IMG/VR virus record: IMGVR_UViG_3300043178_000177 | Location: 1-46,631 of that record | Length of the DNA: 46,631 nt | Source: a virus | Lineage: Duplodnaviria > Caudoviricetes | Reading direction: 5' to 3' (one strand) | Part shown: one piece after another, positions 7,739 to 16,663 of the stretch | How the letters are laid out: each line of letters opens with the position of its first letter | Numbering within the stretch: position 1 is the first letter of the stretch | Notes under the pieces: generated by a model | Seen by the model: only the letters and a program-made list of their open reading frames with translations | What the model was told of the DNA's origin: nothing | Database searches by the model: none | Made by a program: the position numbers and the translations under genes

Positions 7739-9264
7739 TTTGTCGCCTCCTTGCAGAACTCGCGGATGCCGTTCGAGTGGTAGGTGACCTTTACCTTGTC
7801 GCCGCGGGCGTCGTAGCCGACCCGTTCGATCAATTGGCGCAGCAGCGACGCCTGCTGCTGGATGGTCATGGTCTTCCAGACCTCTTCAAACGTCGCCATG
7901 CGCTGGCGCACTGTGTGCTCATCGAACCTCAGCCTCTCGCCGCGTTCCACGGCGCGGCGCAGTTCTTCCGCCCGGGCCTCGCCCGCTGTAATGGTTTCGC
8001 GAAGTGCGGCCTCTCGATCGACGTCCGGGCTCTTCCTGCGCGCGAGCTGGGACTTGGCATTGCGGACACGAATGTTCACCGCCTTCAACTCCTCGCGATA
8101 CTTGCCCAGTTCCTCGGCCATCCGGTGCCGCGCTGCTCGGGCGATGGCCTCGATGACCTCAGGTTTCGCGGCGAACCGCCGCACGCTCTCGATTACCGCC
8201 TCTTCAACCAGAGGCGCCGACACGGCCCGCGTGGCGCACCCATCGCCGTTCCGCTGCAGGGTGCGCAGGCAGACATAGTATCGGTAGCGCCGGGTCTTAC
8301 TCGACGAGTAGCTCGGCGACATGGGCGAGCCGCAAGCCGCGCAGTAGAGCAGGCCGCGCAGCAGGGCCTCCAACTTCGGCCGGTGCTCGCCGCCGGGATT
8401 CCGCGTGTTCTCCTTCAACTTCTGCTGCACCAGGTCGAAGGTGTGGTCGTCGATGATGGGCGGGTGCGTGGCAGCCACCAGCTCGTCGCCCGCGCGGATA
8501 CGCGCGGCGTACAGAGGGTTCGCCAGCATCGTGTAGATGTGGCACTTCCGCAGCGGGTGGCCGCCGAACGTCTTGCCCTCCTTGGTTGCCCACTCTTTGT
8601 TGCGCCAGCCGAGGCCCGCGCATTTCGCCACGACGCCATGCACGGAGTGGCCTTCCAAGTACCATCCGAAGACCTGGCGCACGCGGGCGGCCTCCTCTTC
8701 GTTGATGACGAGGCAGCCGTCCTCCAGGTCGTAGCCGAGCGGCAGGTGGCCCCCGGTCCACTTCCCACGTTTGCGCGCCAGGATCTGCTTGTCGCGGGTG
8801 CGCTCGCTTATGATCTCGCGCTCGAACTGCGCGAAGGAGAGCAGGATGTTCAGCGTCAGGCGGCCGAGGGAGGTGGTCGTGTTGAACTGCTGCGTGACCG
8901 AGACGAACGTCGCGCCGTGCTTCTCCAGGATCTCCATGATCTTGCCGAAGTCGCGGATCGAGCGGCTGAGGCGGTCCACCTTGTAGACCACGACGCAATC
9001 GACCTTCCTGGCCTGGATGTCGGCCAGCAGGCGGCGCAGCGCCGGGCGGTCCATGTTGGCTCCGGTGTAGCCGCCGTCGTCGTACTGCTCCGGCACGAGC
9101 GTCCAGCCCTCGCCAGCCTGGCTGCGGATGTAGGCCTCGCCGGCGTCGCGCTGCGCGTCGAGGGAGTTGAAGTCCTGGTTCAGACCCTCGTCGGTCGACT
9201 TCCGCGTGTAGATGGCGCAGCGGACCGGCTTCGGCGCGCCATTGCCGTTATTCCCGTTCGCCAT
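7735..9264 (-). CDS. Large serine recombinase (integrase)
   Basis: Catalytic CAIYTRKS, DDGGYTG, RPAL, KVDRLSRS; recombinase domain; zinc ribbon CAACG...YYVC...C; coiled coil. Confidence 0.95.
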   Translation of the reverse strand: MANGNNGNGAPKPVRCAIYTRKSTDEGLNQDFNSLDAQRDAGEAYIRSQAGEGWTLVPEQYDDGGYTGANMDRPALRRLLADIQARKVDCVVVYKVDRLSRSIRDFGKIMEILEKHGATFVSVTQQFNTTTSLGRLTLNILLSFAQFEREIISERTRDKQILARKRGKWTGGHLPLGYDLEDGCLVINEEEAARVRQVFGWYLEGHSVHGVVAKCAGLGWRNKEWATKEGKTFGGHPLRKCHIYTMLANPLYAARIRAGDELVAATHPPIIDDHTFDLVQQKLKENTRNPGGEHRPKLEALLRGLLYCAACGSPMSPSYSSSKTRRYRYYVCLRTLQRNGDGCATRAVSAPLVEEAVIESVRRFAAKPEVIEAIARAARHRMAEELGKYREELKAVNIRVRNAKSQLARRKSPDVDREAALRETITAGEARAEELRRAVERGERLRFDEHTVRQRMATFEEVWKTMTIQQQASLLRQLIERVGYDARGDKVKVTYHSNGIREFCKEATK

Positions 9265-9772
9265 GCGTCGCTCCTGGCCGATGGCCCAAGCCGTAAAACG
9301 CGAACCCGTTCCAGCGAGTGCCCGTCGCCTCCGTGACCGCGCGGCTCAGCGACTTGTAGATCCTCCCGTTGCACTCGAATCCACCATCTGGGCGCACGTG
9401 GACGATGATGTCCTTGCCCTGATAGCGGCGGATGAGCGGCGTGCCGGGCAGCGGCAGGCGGGGATCGAGCGAGGGCTTCACGCGCGCCTCGGCCGACCGG
9501 CCGTTGTCGGCAGGCTCGCGCAGGAAGTTCTTCGGCGCGCGGATGCGCAGGTCGGCGTCGTTTGCGATCTCCAGCGCGCGGCGGCGGGCGCGCTCGGACA
9601 GGCCACCCCAGGCGTTGGCCTGGATGCGCCAGGCGATGCGGCGGAACAGGAACTGCTTGTGATTCGATCGGGACTCCTCGCCGAAAACCTCGCGGTACTT
9701 CTCCTTGAGCTGCGCCGTGGTCAGGTTGCGGAGCGCCTCGATCTCCTCTCGGATTTGGGTTTCTGTCTTCAT
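9248..9772 (-). CDS. DUF2924 domain protein
   Basis: LFRRIAWRIQANAWGGLS...PGTPLIRRYQG...YKSLSRAVTEATGTRWNGFAFYGL; canonical position upstream of the serine recombinase. Confidence 0.88.
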   Translation of the reverse strand: MKTETQIREEIEALRNLTTAQLKEKYREVFGEESRSNHKQFLFRRIAWRIQANAWGGLSERARRRALEIANDADLRIRAPKNFLREPADNGRSAEARVKPSLDPRLPLPGTPLIRRYQGKDIIVHVRPDGGFECNGRIYKSLSRAVTEATGTRWNGFAFYGLGHRPGATHGERE

Positions 9773-9776
9773 GGCG

Positions 9777-9914
9777 TTAACCAGCACTGACATGAGGGCT
9801 CTCTGTCTCCGGGAAGTCAACAGGCGTGGGGAGAATCAGGCGCACGAGTGCATCGCCGAGGATCGCGGCGACCTCGCGGATTGCCTGATCGAGCATGGCA
9901 TCGTGATCGCGCAT
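9777..9914 (-). CDS. Small hypothetical protein, 45 aa (MRDHDAMLDQAIREVAAILGDALVRLILP...)
   Basis: Read by hand; AAGGAG RBS; stop 4 nt before the DUF2924 ATG; not in the ORF track. Confidence 0.6.
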   Translation of the reverse strand: MRDHDAMLDQAIREVAAILGDALVRLILPTPVDFPETESPHVSAG

Positions 9915-10275
9915 GAGCGGTCTCCTTGGAAGACCACCCACGACGATCTCCGCTTGGCGGTCGAGCCGGCGTCTGGTGGATGGGATCGACGCGGCGTGTT
10001 GCCGCGTTCGTTAACTATATACGCCGCCTGGGTTCGAAGCGTCCTACCTGGGTTCTGACAACTTGGCGGAGCCGTTAACCAACTCAGCGAATCGGCCCGG
10101 AGACGGGGAGAAACGGCCTCCAGTGACCGCCGCCGGCGCGCACATCTGGCCCGCCAGGGCGGACGCGGAGACAAACGGAGAGACGGAGAACGCGCGAAAC
10201 GTCGGCCAGTTGGGGACTTGCGGAAGTGGCTGTGCCGTCAACAAACTGCGGGGAAAACGTTGCAGGGAATGGATT

Positions 10276-10294
10276 TGGCTCCCCGAGAGGAACC
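10276..10294 (-). other. tRNA 3'-end-like remnant, candidate att core
   Basis: Minus strand GGTTCCTCTCGGGGAGCCA ends in an acceptor-stem-like TCGGGGA-G-CCA but lacks T-loop and the rest of a tRNA; at a compositional boundary upstream of DUF2924/recombinase. Confidence 0.35.
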
Positions 10295-10457
10295 GTGTTC
10301 ATAAACGGAAGCGGAGAATTCTCAGTCCATCGGTCGGGCGCGCTGGCTGCCCAATGCGCTCCCTGCGATCTCGTTCCCTCGTCGCTTGATCGAAACGAAG
10401 AAACGAAGGCCTTGAGCCACGAGCTTCGGCTAGAGAGGTTGAGAGGCTGGCGGGAAA

Positions 10458-10649
10458 TCATCCTTCCTTATCGGCCTCTCTCTTGGCGGCCTCGACCGCG
10501 TCTCTCAAGCTTGAAAACGAACCGCGATAGTAATGGCCGTCCCTATGTATGTAGAACTTCGGACCAGAGAAAACGCCGCCGGGTTCCTTGACGACTTCGT
10601 ACTTGGAATACTTACCATAGAAAGTCTCGACGACTTCTTGCTTCGCCAT
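10458..10649 (-). CDS. Small hypothetical protein, 63 aa (beta strands + C-terminal helix)
   Basis: GGAGGT RBS; protein-like composition. Confidence 0.75.
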   Translation of the reverse strand: MAKQEVVETFYGKYSKYEVVKEPGGVFSGPKFYIHRDGHYYRGSFSSLRDAVEAAKREADKEG

Positions 10650-10748
10650 CCATTGACCTCCAATCGGGCTTCGATCGCGTTCCGTTCCGTCCTTCCCAGA
10701 GAATGCCTAGCCTAAGCCCAGCGGCCATGGAAGAACACCCCACTGCCG

Positions 10749-13271
10749 TCATGCAGTTGGCACGTCGTTCACAACTATTAGAAAGCCTTGTCGTTCCAGC
10801 CCGTCCAGCATCGCCTCAAGATCCTCACCTCCGTCACGCTTGGCTCGCAACAACCGCAGCCGGTCTTCAAGCTCCTCCCATACTTTGTCCAATTCTGCCC
10901 TGCACATCTTCCTCGATGCGATGTTGAGTTGAGCATCGCGAACCTGTGCGCTTAGGTCTTGATGAACATCAATCAGAGAATTTGCCGCGCCCCATGACTG
11001 TGCTCCTTGAACCTCAGTCGCAAGCCGCTCTATATCAGCTTGGATCCGGTTATATTCACGAGTGGCTTGTTGGTCGCTTTGCTCGAAGATCTCGTGTATG
11101 GACGCTGAAATCGCGCTCAAGAGACCATTTAGCTCTTGTCGCTGGGCCCTGAGCAGTCGGCCTTCAGTTTTCAGGTTCGCCCGAACCGGTTTGATTCTCT
11201 CAATCGCTTCAAATGCGCTTTCACGTGTGGGATCTTCCTCAAGCGTGAACAGAACGTTGCTGAGGTCTTCGTTGTATTGCGCGAACACTTGGGCGGCCTG
11301 CGCGGCAAAGGCTGCACGCGCGGCTCGAACACAGTTGAAACCCGAATCCAGACTCTCTCGAAGGGCTGCTAACTGCGGTTCAGAAAGCAACCTTGCGTTG
11401 TCACGCAGACGTTGATCTAGATCAACCAAGCGCTGCCAAACGTCCGGTGCCTTGGCGTTAACGGCGCAGTTTGACACAACAGCTTCGATGTCACCCTTTA
11501 GGTCAGTGAAAATCTGCTCCGCACGCTCGAGCCGCTCTGCCTTTGCTGCTTCTTGTCTAAAGCGGAGTTTACGAACCTGTCCATAACATTCGTTAATCTG
11601 TGTCCGAAGTGCGGGCCGTTGACTGTCTGGAAAGTCCCTCAATCCTACCCAGCGTTTTGCCATCGCGATCTGTTCGTTCAGGTTGTCAAAATCAATTCTC
11701 GCCAGGATGTGGCGGTGCGCGTCCTTGACATCTCTACGGACGCCGTCCAATAGCACCCGCACGGCCTGGATGTCACAAACGCGGGTCTTGAAGGCCGCAA
11801 AAAGGCCGTCGACCATCGCGTTGAGTTCCGCCTGACTTTCCCGCGTGAAATCTTCCCGCGCACTAGCCACCTCACGGATCTCGTCCAGAATATGGCGCAG
11901 ATCGGTTGCACCGGCCAACTCCGTCTTCAAGTCCGCGCACTGCCGGTCAAAATCGCGGAGTCTCTCCGCCTGCTGTCCCTCCATGCGATGCCAGAGCGTC
12001 TGCAGTCGATTTCGTTGCGCCTCGATGCATTGAAAGTACTTGTCGCGTCCTGAGCCTGTGGGAAAACAACGCGCTACCCAGTTTGTTAGCGGCGCGTCCC
12101 TCTTGACACGGGCGACCAGCCGCTTGAGCTGACCGGCCGCAAGGCGCACAGTGGGCTGATCAAGCTCGGAAATAGCGGCTTCCACCGCTCCTATCTCTGC
12201 TTCAAGCGCAGCGGGGTCGTGCAGCTTCTCATTGATCCTTTCGCGAACGAGCGAGACCGCAGCCATCGCCTCGTTAACGTGATCAGTATGCATCCAGTTG
12301 ACGCCCCTTGTGCCGTGTCGTGATCTGTTAATCCGCTTCTCAAGCTCGGTTAGAGCCCCCAGCAAAGCGTCGAAGTCGATGCTGGTGCCCACTGCGTTGT
12401 CCAGCGCATCAATCTCCGCTTTTGTCCTCAACAGAATCGTTGTGGAACTGGGATATCGAACCTGCTGAAACCTTGCACGAACGCCGTCAATCTCTTCCGT
12501 CAGTTCGTGAGCCACACCAGCAAGTTCCTCTGATCGCGCCACGAATTGTGATAGCCCGTTCAGGCAGATATGGAGCGCAACAGTATCCTCCTGAGGCAAG
12601 TATGACTGGCCGTCACTCTCGAAGCGTTTCCAGACCTGTTCGACGATTGACCGACACTTTCGTAGGGCATCACTGCTCAACTCACTGAGGTTCAGATTCT
12701 TACGAAATGCGACGATCTTCAGCACTTCCTCTGCGCGCGCTCTGGCCTCGTCTCCAAAACCGCGCGGCAGATTGAGGACAGTTGTCGCCGTTAACAAGCC
12801 GCGAAGATTTCGCTCACTAAGAGGAAGATCAGTTCCCCAATCTGCTAGGCGTCTGTACTTCTCTAGGTCGCTCGACAACTTCTTCTTGTTAAACCCCGGA
12901 TCTCCCTGGACACGAGCAATGACCGGCCGGGCGCGCTGTATCGTTTCGAATGTAACCGCCCCACCCGAGTACACCACTCGAAAGAACCACGCGGTCAGGT
13001 GCTGCGCCTCCTCCTCGGTGAGATCGAGGACCCGTGTCTGGACGGCGGAAAGCGCCTCGGATAGGTGCTCTGGGGAACGACTGCGCTCATCGAGCGCTGT
13101 GGCCGCAGCAGTCAAAAGATTCAGAAGGGGTCGCTTGCTGACATCCAGCAATGTCGCGTCATCGCGAATGGCTGTAATCGCCTCCTGCAAATCGGCAGAT
13201 GAAGTCGCGAAATCCCATGTGAACCGGGACTTCTCCACGATGGATAGAACCGTTTCCCTGTTTGCGGTCAC
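10749..13271 (-). CDS. Large all-helical repeat protein (DUF349/spectrin-like bundles)
   Basis: 840 aa of amphipathic helices with recurring L-x3-QR-xx-L...L motifs about every 80 aa in the C-terminal half; GTGA overlap with the JAB-E1 stop. Confidence 0.75.
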   Translation of the reverse strand: MTANRETVLSIVEKSRFTWDFATSSADLQEAITAIRDDATLLDVSKRPLLNLLTAAATALDERSRSPEHLSEALSAVQTRVLDLTEEEAQHLTAWFFRVVYSGGAVTFETIQRARPVIARVQGDPGFNKKKLSSDLEKYRRLADWGTDLPLSERNLRGLLTATTVLNLPRGFGDEARARAEEVLKIVAFRKNLNLSELSSDALRKCRSIVEQVWKRFESDGQSYLPQEDTVALHICLNGLSQFVARSEELAGVAHELTEEIDGVRARFQQVRYPSSTTILLRTKAEIDALDNAVGTSIDFDALLGALTELEKRINRSRHGTRGVNWMHTDHVNEAMAAVSLVRERINEKLHDPAALEAEIGAVEAAISELDQPTVRLAAGQLKRLVARVKRDAPLTNWVARCFPTGSGRDKYFQCIEAQRNRLQTLWHRMEGQQAERLRDFDRQCADLKTELAGATDLRHILDEIREVASAREDFTRESQAELNAMVDGLFAAFKTRVCDIQAVRVLLDGVRRDVKDAHRHILARIDFDNLNEQIAMAKRWVGLRDFPDSQRPALRTQINECYGQVRKLRFRQEAAKAERLERAEQIFTDLKGDIEAVVSNCAVNAKAPDVWQRLVDLDQRLRDNARLLSEPQLAALRESLDSGFNCVRAARAAFAAQAAQVFAQYNEDLSNVLFTLEEDPTRESAFEAIERIKPVRANLKTEGRLLRAQRQELNGLLSAISASIHEIFEQSDQQATREYNRIQADIERLATEVQGAQSWGAANSLIDVHQDLSAQVRDAQLNIASRKMCRAELDKVWEELEDRLRLLRAKRDGGEDLEAMLDGLERQGFLIVVNDVPTA

Positions 13272-14728
13272 TGTGCCCTAAGCTCCTTAAACAGATCGGT
13301 TAGCCGTACGAGATCTCCGCGGCCAAAATATCCGCCTCCTGGGCTGCAGGTGGCGCACTGGCGCTCCCCCTCCGCGATCGTAACGATTTCCTGCTCGAAC
13401 ATGTCGTACAGCAAGTGCTGCGCGGGCTCTTTGAAAGCGCAGAACAGATTGTGGATCTCAACCAGCGCCAGGTGCGTCACGACGCCGTTCAGATGGACAA
13501 CAGCCGGCGCCGGTTCATCGACGTTCGCAATATATCCCCGCCTGGCCGCTTCTCGGCGATGCTCCGGTGAGGCCGTCTCGTAATACGCCTCGACCGGGTT
13601 GATGATCCTTGCGCAGACCGGGCACGGTCGCCCGTGGCCAGGCAGTAACACGAAAACATGTCCGTAGCCGCCCTCCACCTTTCCGTCCCGCGCATCGATC
13701 ACCGTGCCGATGGAGATCTGCGGGATCAGGAACATGTGCGAGATGACGTTCAGAAGCATACGCGAAGCGTGATTGTCAGTCGTTGTGATGATCAGATCAG
13801 CCCTCAAGAGCGCCCGCCACGCTGTGCGATCAAGTACACTCTTGTCAACCAGCCTGCAACGGTTTTTCGGATTTATTGAAAGCAGTTCCCGAGCGACGAT
13901 GTCTGTCTTCTTCAGGTGCAGCTTTGCATCCGTTGCCGTCATACCCATCACACGGTTCAGGTTATGCGGTTCGGCAGTATCGGGATCGATGAGCGTAAAC
14001 TGCGTCGCCCCCAGCCGCCCCAGACCGATGGCGAGCCCAGCGCCGATGCCACCAAGTCCGATGATGGCGAAATGCGCCTCAGCAATCCGCATCTGCCCTG
14101 CGGCTCCAAAAGCGCGGACCTGCCGATCAAGAAATGGCAAGGTCTTTCCGCCTGAGGCGGCAGTCTTCGCGCGTCTCGTGCCGAGCGGCGCCTGCACGGA
14201 GCGTATCGGGAGATCCAACTCGATCATGGAACCGTCGGCTGAGCGTATGCGAGCATTGTGGGAGTCGCGCCCGAGCACGATGCTTCCATAGTATGCATGA
14301 GGTAGGTGGGCCGCGAACCAGGCGGCTTTCTCCTGCTCATCCTGTTCATCAATGCTGGAAAAGTGAACTGAATGCGATGCAAATGGATGGGAGTGAATAT
14401 CAATGAGGGAAAGCCCGTGACGCTCGCACTCCTGTAGGACCTGAATAAGAAGGTCTCGGCGAAGACGGACGTGGCCTAGCGACTGACTGTCGTAGTCCGC
14501 TGGCTCAGGCAGTACGAGAAAACAGCCCAGCAGTCTCAGCGTCTGCCCAATCTTCACATGCCCGCACAGGAGGTAACATGCGTACTCCCTGCTCGTATCG
14601 GCGAACAGATACCGCTTGATTTGATCGAGCATGCCGCATGGCAGGACGAGTTCAGCGCTCTTGAATCTCGGCCTTTTGCCGATCAGAATCTCGCTTTCAG
14701 AAACGGGCTTCCCTGACATGACTCCCAT
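13268..14728 (-). CDS. JAB/JAMM metallopeptidase - ThiF/E1 adenylyltransferase fusion
   Basis: JAB: E48...IHSHP (H112,H114)...S124xxD127. E1: DRQ, GLGGIG (224-229), IDPD...HNLNR, TTDNHASR, Zn pairs CPVC and CATC. Confidence 0.92.
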   Translation of the reverse strand: MGVMSGKPVSESEILIGKRPRFKSAELVLPCGMLDQIKRYLFADTSREYACYLLCGHVKIGQTLRLLGCFLVLPEPADYDSQSLGHVRLRRDLLIQVLQECERHGLSLIDIHSHPFASHSVHFSSIDEQDEQEKAAWFAAHLPHAYYGSIVLGRDSHNARIRSADGSMIELDLPIRSVQAPLGTRRAKTAASGGKTLPFLDRQVRAFGAAGQMRIAEAHFAIIGLGGIGAGLAIGLGRLGATQFTLIDPDTAEPHNLNRVMGMTATDAKLHLKKTDIVARELLSINPKNRCRLVDKSVLDRTAWRALLRADLIITTTDNHASRMLLNVISHMFLIPQISIGTVIDARDGKVEGGYGHVFVLLPGHGRPCPVCARIINPVEAYYETASPEHRREAARRGYIANVDEPAPAVVHLNGVVTHLALVEIHNLFCAFKEPAQHLLYDMFEQEIVTIAEGERQCATCSPGGGYFGRGDLVRLTDLFKELRAQ

Positions 14729-14731
14729 GCG

Positions 14732-15364
14732 TCAGAACTCTTTGATTGTTAGGCTCATCCGGATCATCTCCAGGAACGTCCAGAGGTTGTCCTCTTCGTT
14801 CGGATGTCCGCCAGGCCGCCAATGGGTGTGCATGCAGTACCAGTTCCATCCCGATGCGGACAGATCAGGCGACTTTCCATATACGTTGCGCGAGAAAATA
14901 TGAGGCCCGCTGCATTTTTTCGAAAGATAAAAGCCGTTGGGCGCGACTTCCGGGTAGTCGTCTGGAAACCATATCAGAATGGGTGTTGTTTTGAGTCCCC
15001 ACTGACGGGGGAGTGTAAACCTCGGGATGACGACAAACCGCAAGCGCTTATCGAGTTGGATGGTCTGACCATAGCGCTTTCCGTAGACTTCGGCGACTGA
15101 AGCTACCTGCGCCTTTATGTAGCGATCACGCCTTGAGACTGCGCCTTTGGCAGTGCTGGCGGGATAGTGTTTGGCCACTACCTCGTTACCGAGATTGAAG
15201 TCCCTTGGAAATTGATCCAAAGGCCGAGCTTCACTGCCCCTGCGAATCACGACTCGCCGGTCAGCCCCTACCATTTTTTCAAGATGGTCGCGAATCTGAT
15301 CCGGTGTGAAGAACGGGACATCCCGCTCAATCACCAGTTTGCCATTCAACTTCACCTTTGCCAT
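14732..15364 (-). CDS. Ubiquitin-like domain - prokaryotic E2 (Prok-E2_E type) fusion
   Basis: N-terminal 74 aa ending TAKG; C-terminal UBC-like VVIPRFTLP..W...ILIWFPDDYPEVAPNGFYL...WNWYCMH..W.P...DNLWTFL. Confidence 0.75.
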   Translation of the reverse strand: MAKVKLNGKLVIERDVPFFTPDQIRDHLEKMVGADRRVVIRRGSEARPLDQFPRDFNLGNEVVAKHYPASTAKGAVSRRDRYIKAQVASVAEVYGKRYGQTIQLDKRLRFVVIPRFTLPRQWGLKTTPILIWFPDDYPEVAPNGFYLSKKCSGPHIFSRNVYGKSPDLSASGWNWYCMHTHWRPGGHPNEEDNLWTFLEMIRMSLTIKEF

Positions 15365-15383
15365 GCAATTGCTCCCTCTTTAC

Positions 15384-16364
15384 CTACTCGTACACATTTT
15401 CCATCACCATTACTTCTGAGCCACCATCGGGCGTAAGGACCGTCGTGTTTCGGGTGAGGCCTATGAATCTGTTCTGATCGATCACGCCGCGGGTTGTGCG
15501 ACTTACGATGATGCCTGCGGCCCCCCTCTCGAATCGACTTCTGGTGATGTTTACTGTGGTATCGCTCTGGGCCTCGACTGCAGATGCTTCTTGATTTTCA
15601 AAGTGGCAGTTTTCGATCGCACAGTCGGCACTGGAACGTAGTAACAAGCCGGTTATATTGGAGACGAATTTACTCGCGACGATTTGCGCCTGGGCGTTTT
15701 CAACTCGAAGGCCGTGCCGGCAGTGTTCAAATGAGCACCCCTCAATAAGCAATGCCCCATCAGCAACGACTATCCCAGTACCGCTCTCGGCGTGAAGTCG
15801 ACAGGAGGATATGACCGCGCCTTTTTGGGTAGCGGCAATGATGCCGAATGCTCTGCGTTTCAGCGTTCTGAAAACTAGACCTCGGATGATCGGAGCGGCG
15901 CCGGATAAGTAGACGCCGTCATCGTCGGTTGCCTCTATTACCACATCCTCATCAGGCGTCGGCTGCCCAACTATTTCGATCGGCTTCTCAACCCTTATGG
16001 TTGGTTCTTGGTAGAGGCCGGGCAGGATGAAGAGCTTATCCCCATCTCTTGCAGCTCGGACGGCTTCGGCAACCGTTCGGTATTGCCCAAGCCCATGCGC
16101 ACAGACGAAGATCCATTGTCGGGGTCCTCGGCTCGAACTTCGGATGAGGTTTGAGCTCCCCAGTCCCGAATCATAGGCGCGCCGGCGTTCGGGGTCGGTG
16201 AGTATTGCCTTCGCTTCGATCAATCGTCGGGTCCGAGCGACATCCGCTTCATTGGACAAATCTGGATGGCTCTTCTTGATCTCGCGGGCGAAGGCGTTGC
16301 GAATGTCGGCCTCCGTCGCGTCCGGAGAGACACCAAGGAGCGCGTAATGATTCTCATCGCCCAT
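15384..16364 (-). CDS. J-domain (DnaJ) + right-handed parallel beta-helix protein
   Basis: HYALLGVSPDA...IKKSHPDL...ILTDPERRRAYD (HPD intact); YRTVAEAV...PGLYQE followed by GI/IxxCxF beta-helix repeats; no signal peptide. Confidence 0.9.
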   Translation of the reverse strand: MGDENHYALLGVSPDATEADIRNAFAREIKKSHPDLSNEADVARTRRLIEAKAILTDPERRRAYDSGLGSSNLIRSSSRGPRQWIFVCAHGLGQYRTVAEAVRAARDGDKLFILPGLYQEPTIRVEKPIEIVGQPTPDEDVVIEATDDDGVYLSGAAPIIRGLVFRTLKRRAFGIIAATQKGAVISSCRLHAESGTGIVVADGALLIEGCSFEHCRHGLRVENAQAQIVASKFVSNITGLLLRSSADCAIENCHFENQEASAVEAQSDTTVNITRSRFERGAAGIIVSRTTRGVIDQNRFIGLTRNTTVLTPDGGSEVMVMENVYE

Positions 16365-16404
16365 ACGTGTGGCGCGACCTCAAGCTGATCTTACGGGACG
16401 ACGC

Positions 16405-16413
16405 ATTATACCA
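16405..16413 (-). promoter_or_regulatory. Extended -10 promoter (TGnTATAAT) for the J-domain / Ubl-E2 / JAB-E1 / helical-protein sub-operon
   Basis: Perfect TGGTATAAT about 40 nt upstream of ATG 16364. Confidence 0.6.
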
Positions 16414-16663
16414 CGGGCCCAAGGACGGCGACTCCAAGCCAAGAGGACACAAGCCAAGACCAAGAGGAGCCAGAGGAGGAAAGAAAGGGGAGCGAGGCGT
16501 AGCGTAGGGTAGGGTACTCGGATCTCGGATCTCCCAGGCCCAGGAACCGGGGCTGCTTCGCGCACTCTGATGGAGATGGTCCGCCGAGCGCACCTGCGGT
16601 GCCCTGTCACCCAAAGCGAGGGTCGCCTGGTGCCGAGTGCTCTCATCAACCGTGGGAACCAGC

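Larger units (their letters stand above)
1..10294 (-). mobile_element. Integration/early-gene end of a prophage or integrative element using a large serine recombinase
   Basis: DUF2924 + serine recombinase + accessory gene, HTH excisionase, sigma-like factor, ParB-like gene, R-M cargo, att-like remnant at ~10.28 kb; left boundary lies outside the window. Confidence 0.7.

Noticed and set aside
13268-15364. Reading the E1/JAB as CBASS Cap2/Cap3 or as ThiF/MoeB sulfur transfer
   Set aside because: No CD-NTase or CBASS effector; domain order is JAB-E1 with a separate Ubl-E2; no thiamine, molybdopterin or rhodanese genes; an E2 argues for protein conjugation
16380-16649. 89-aa ORF with an apparent TM helix
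   Set aside because: Hydrophobicity comes from CTTGG-type micro-repeats; overlaps a perfect TGnTATAAT promoter; no RBS
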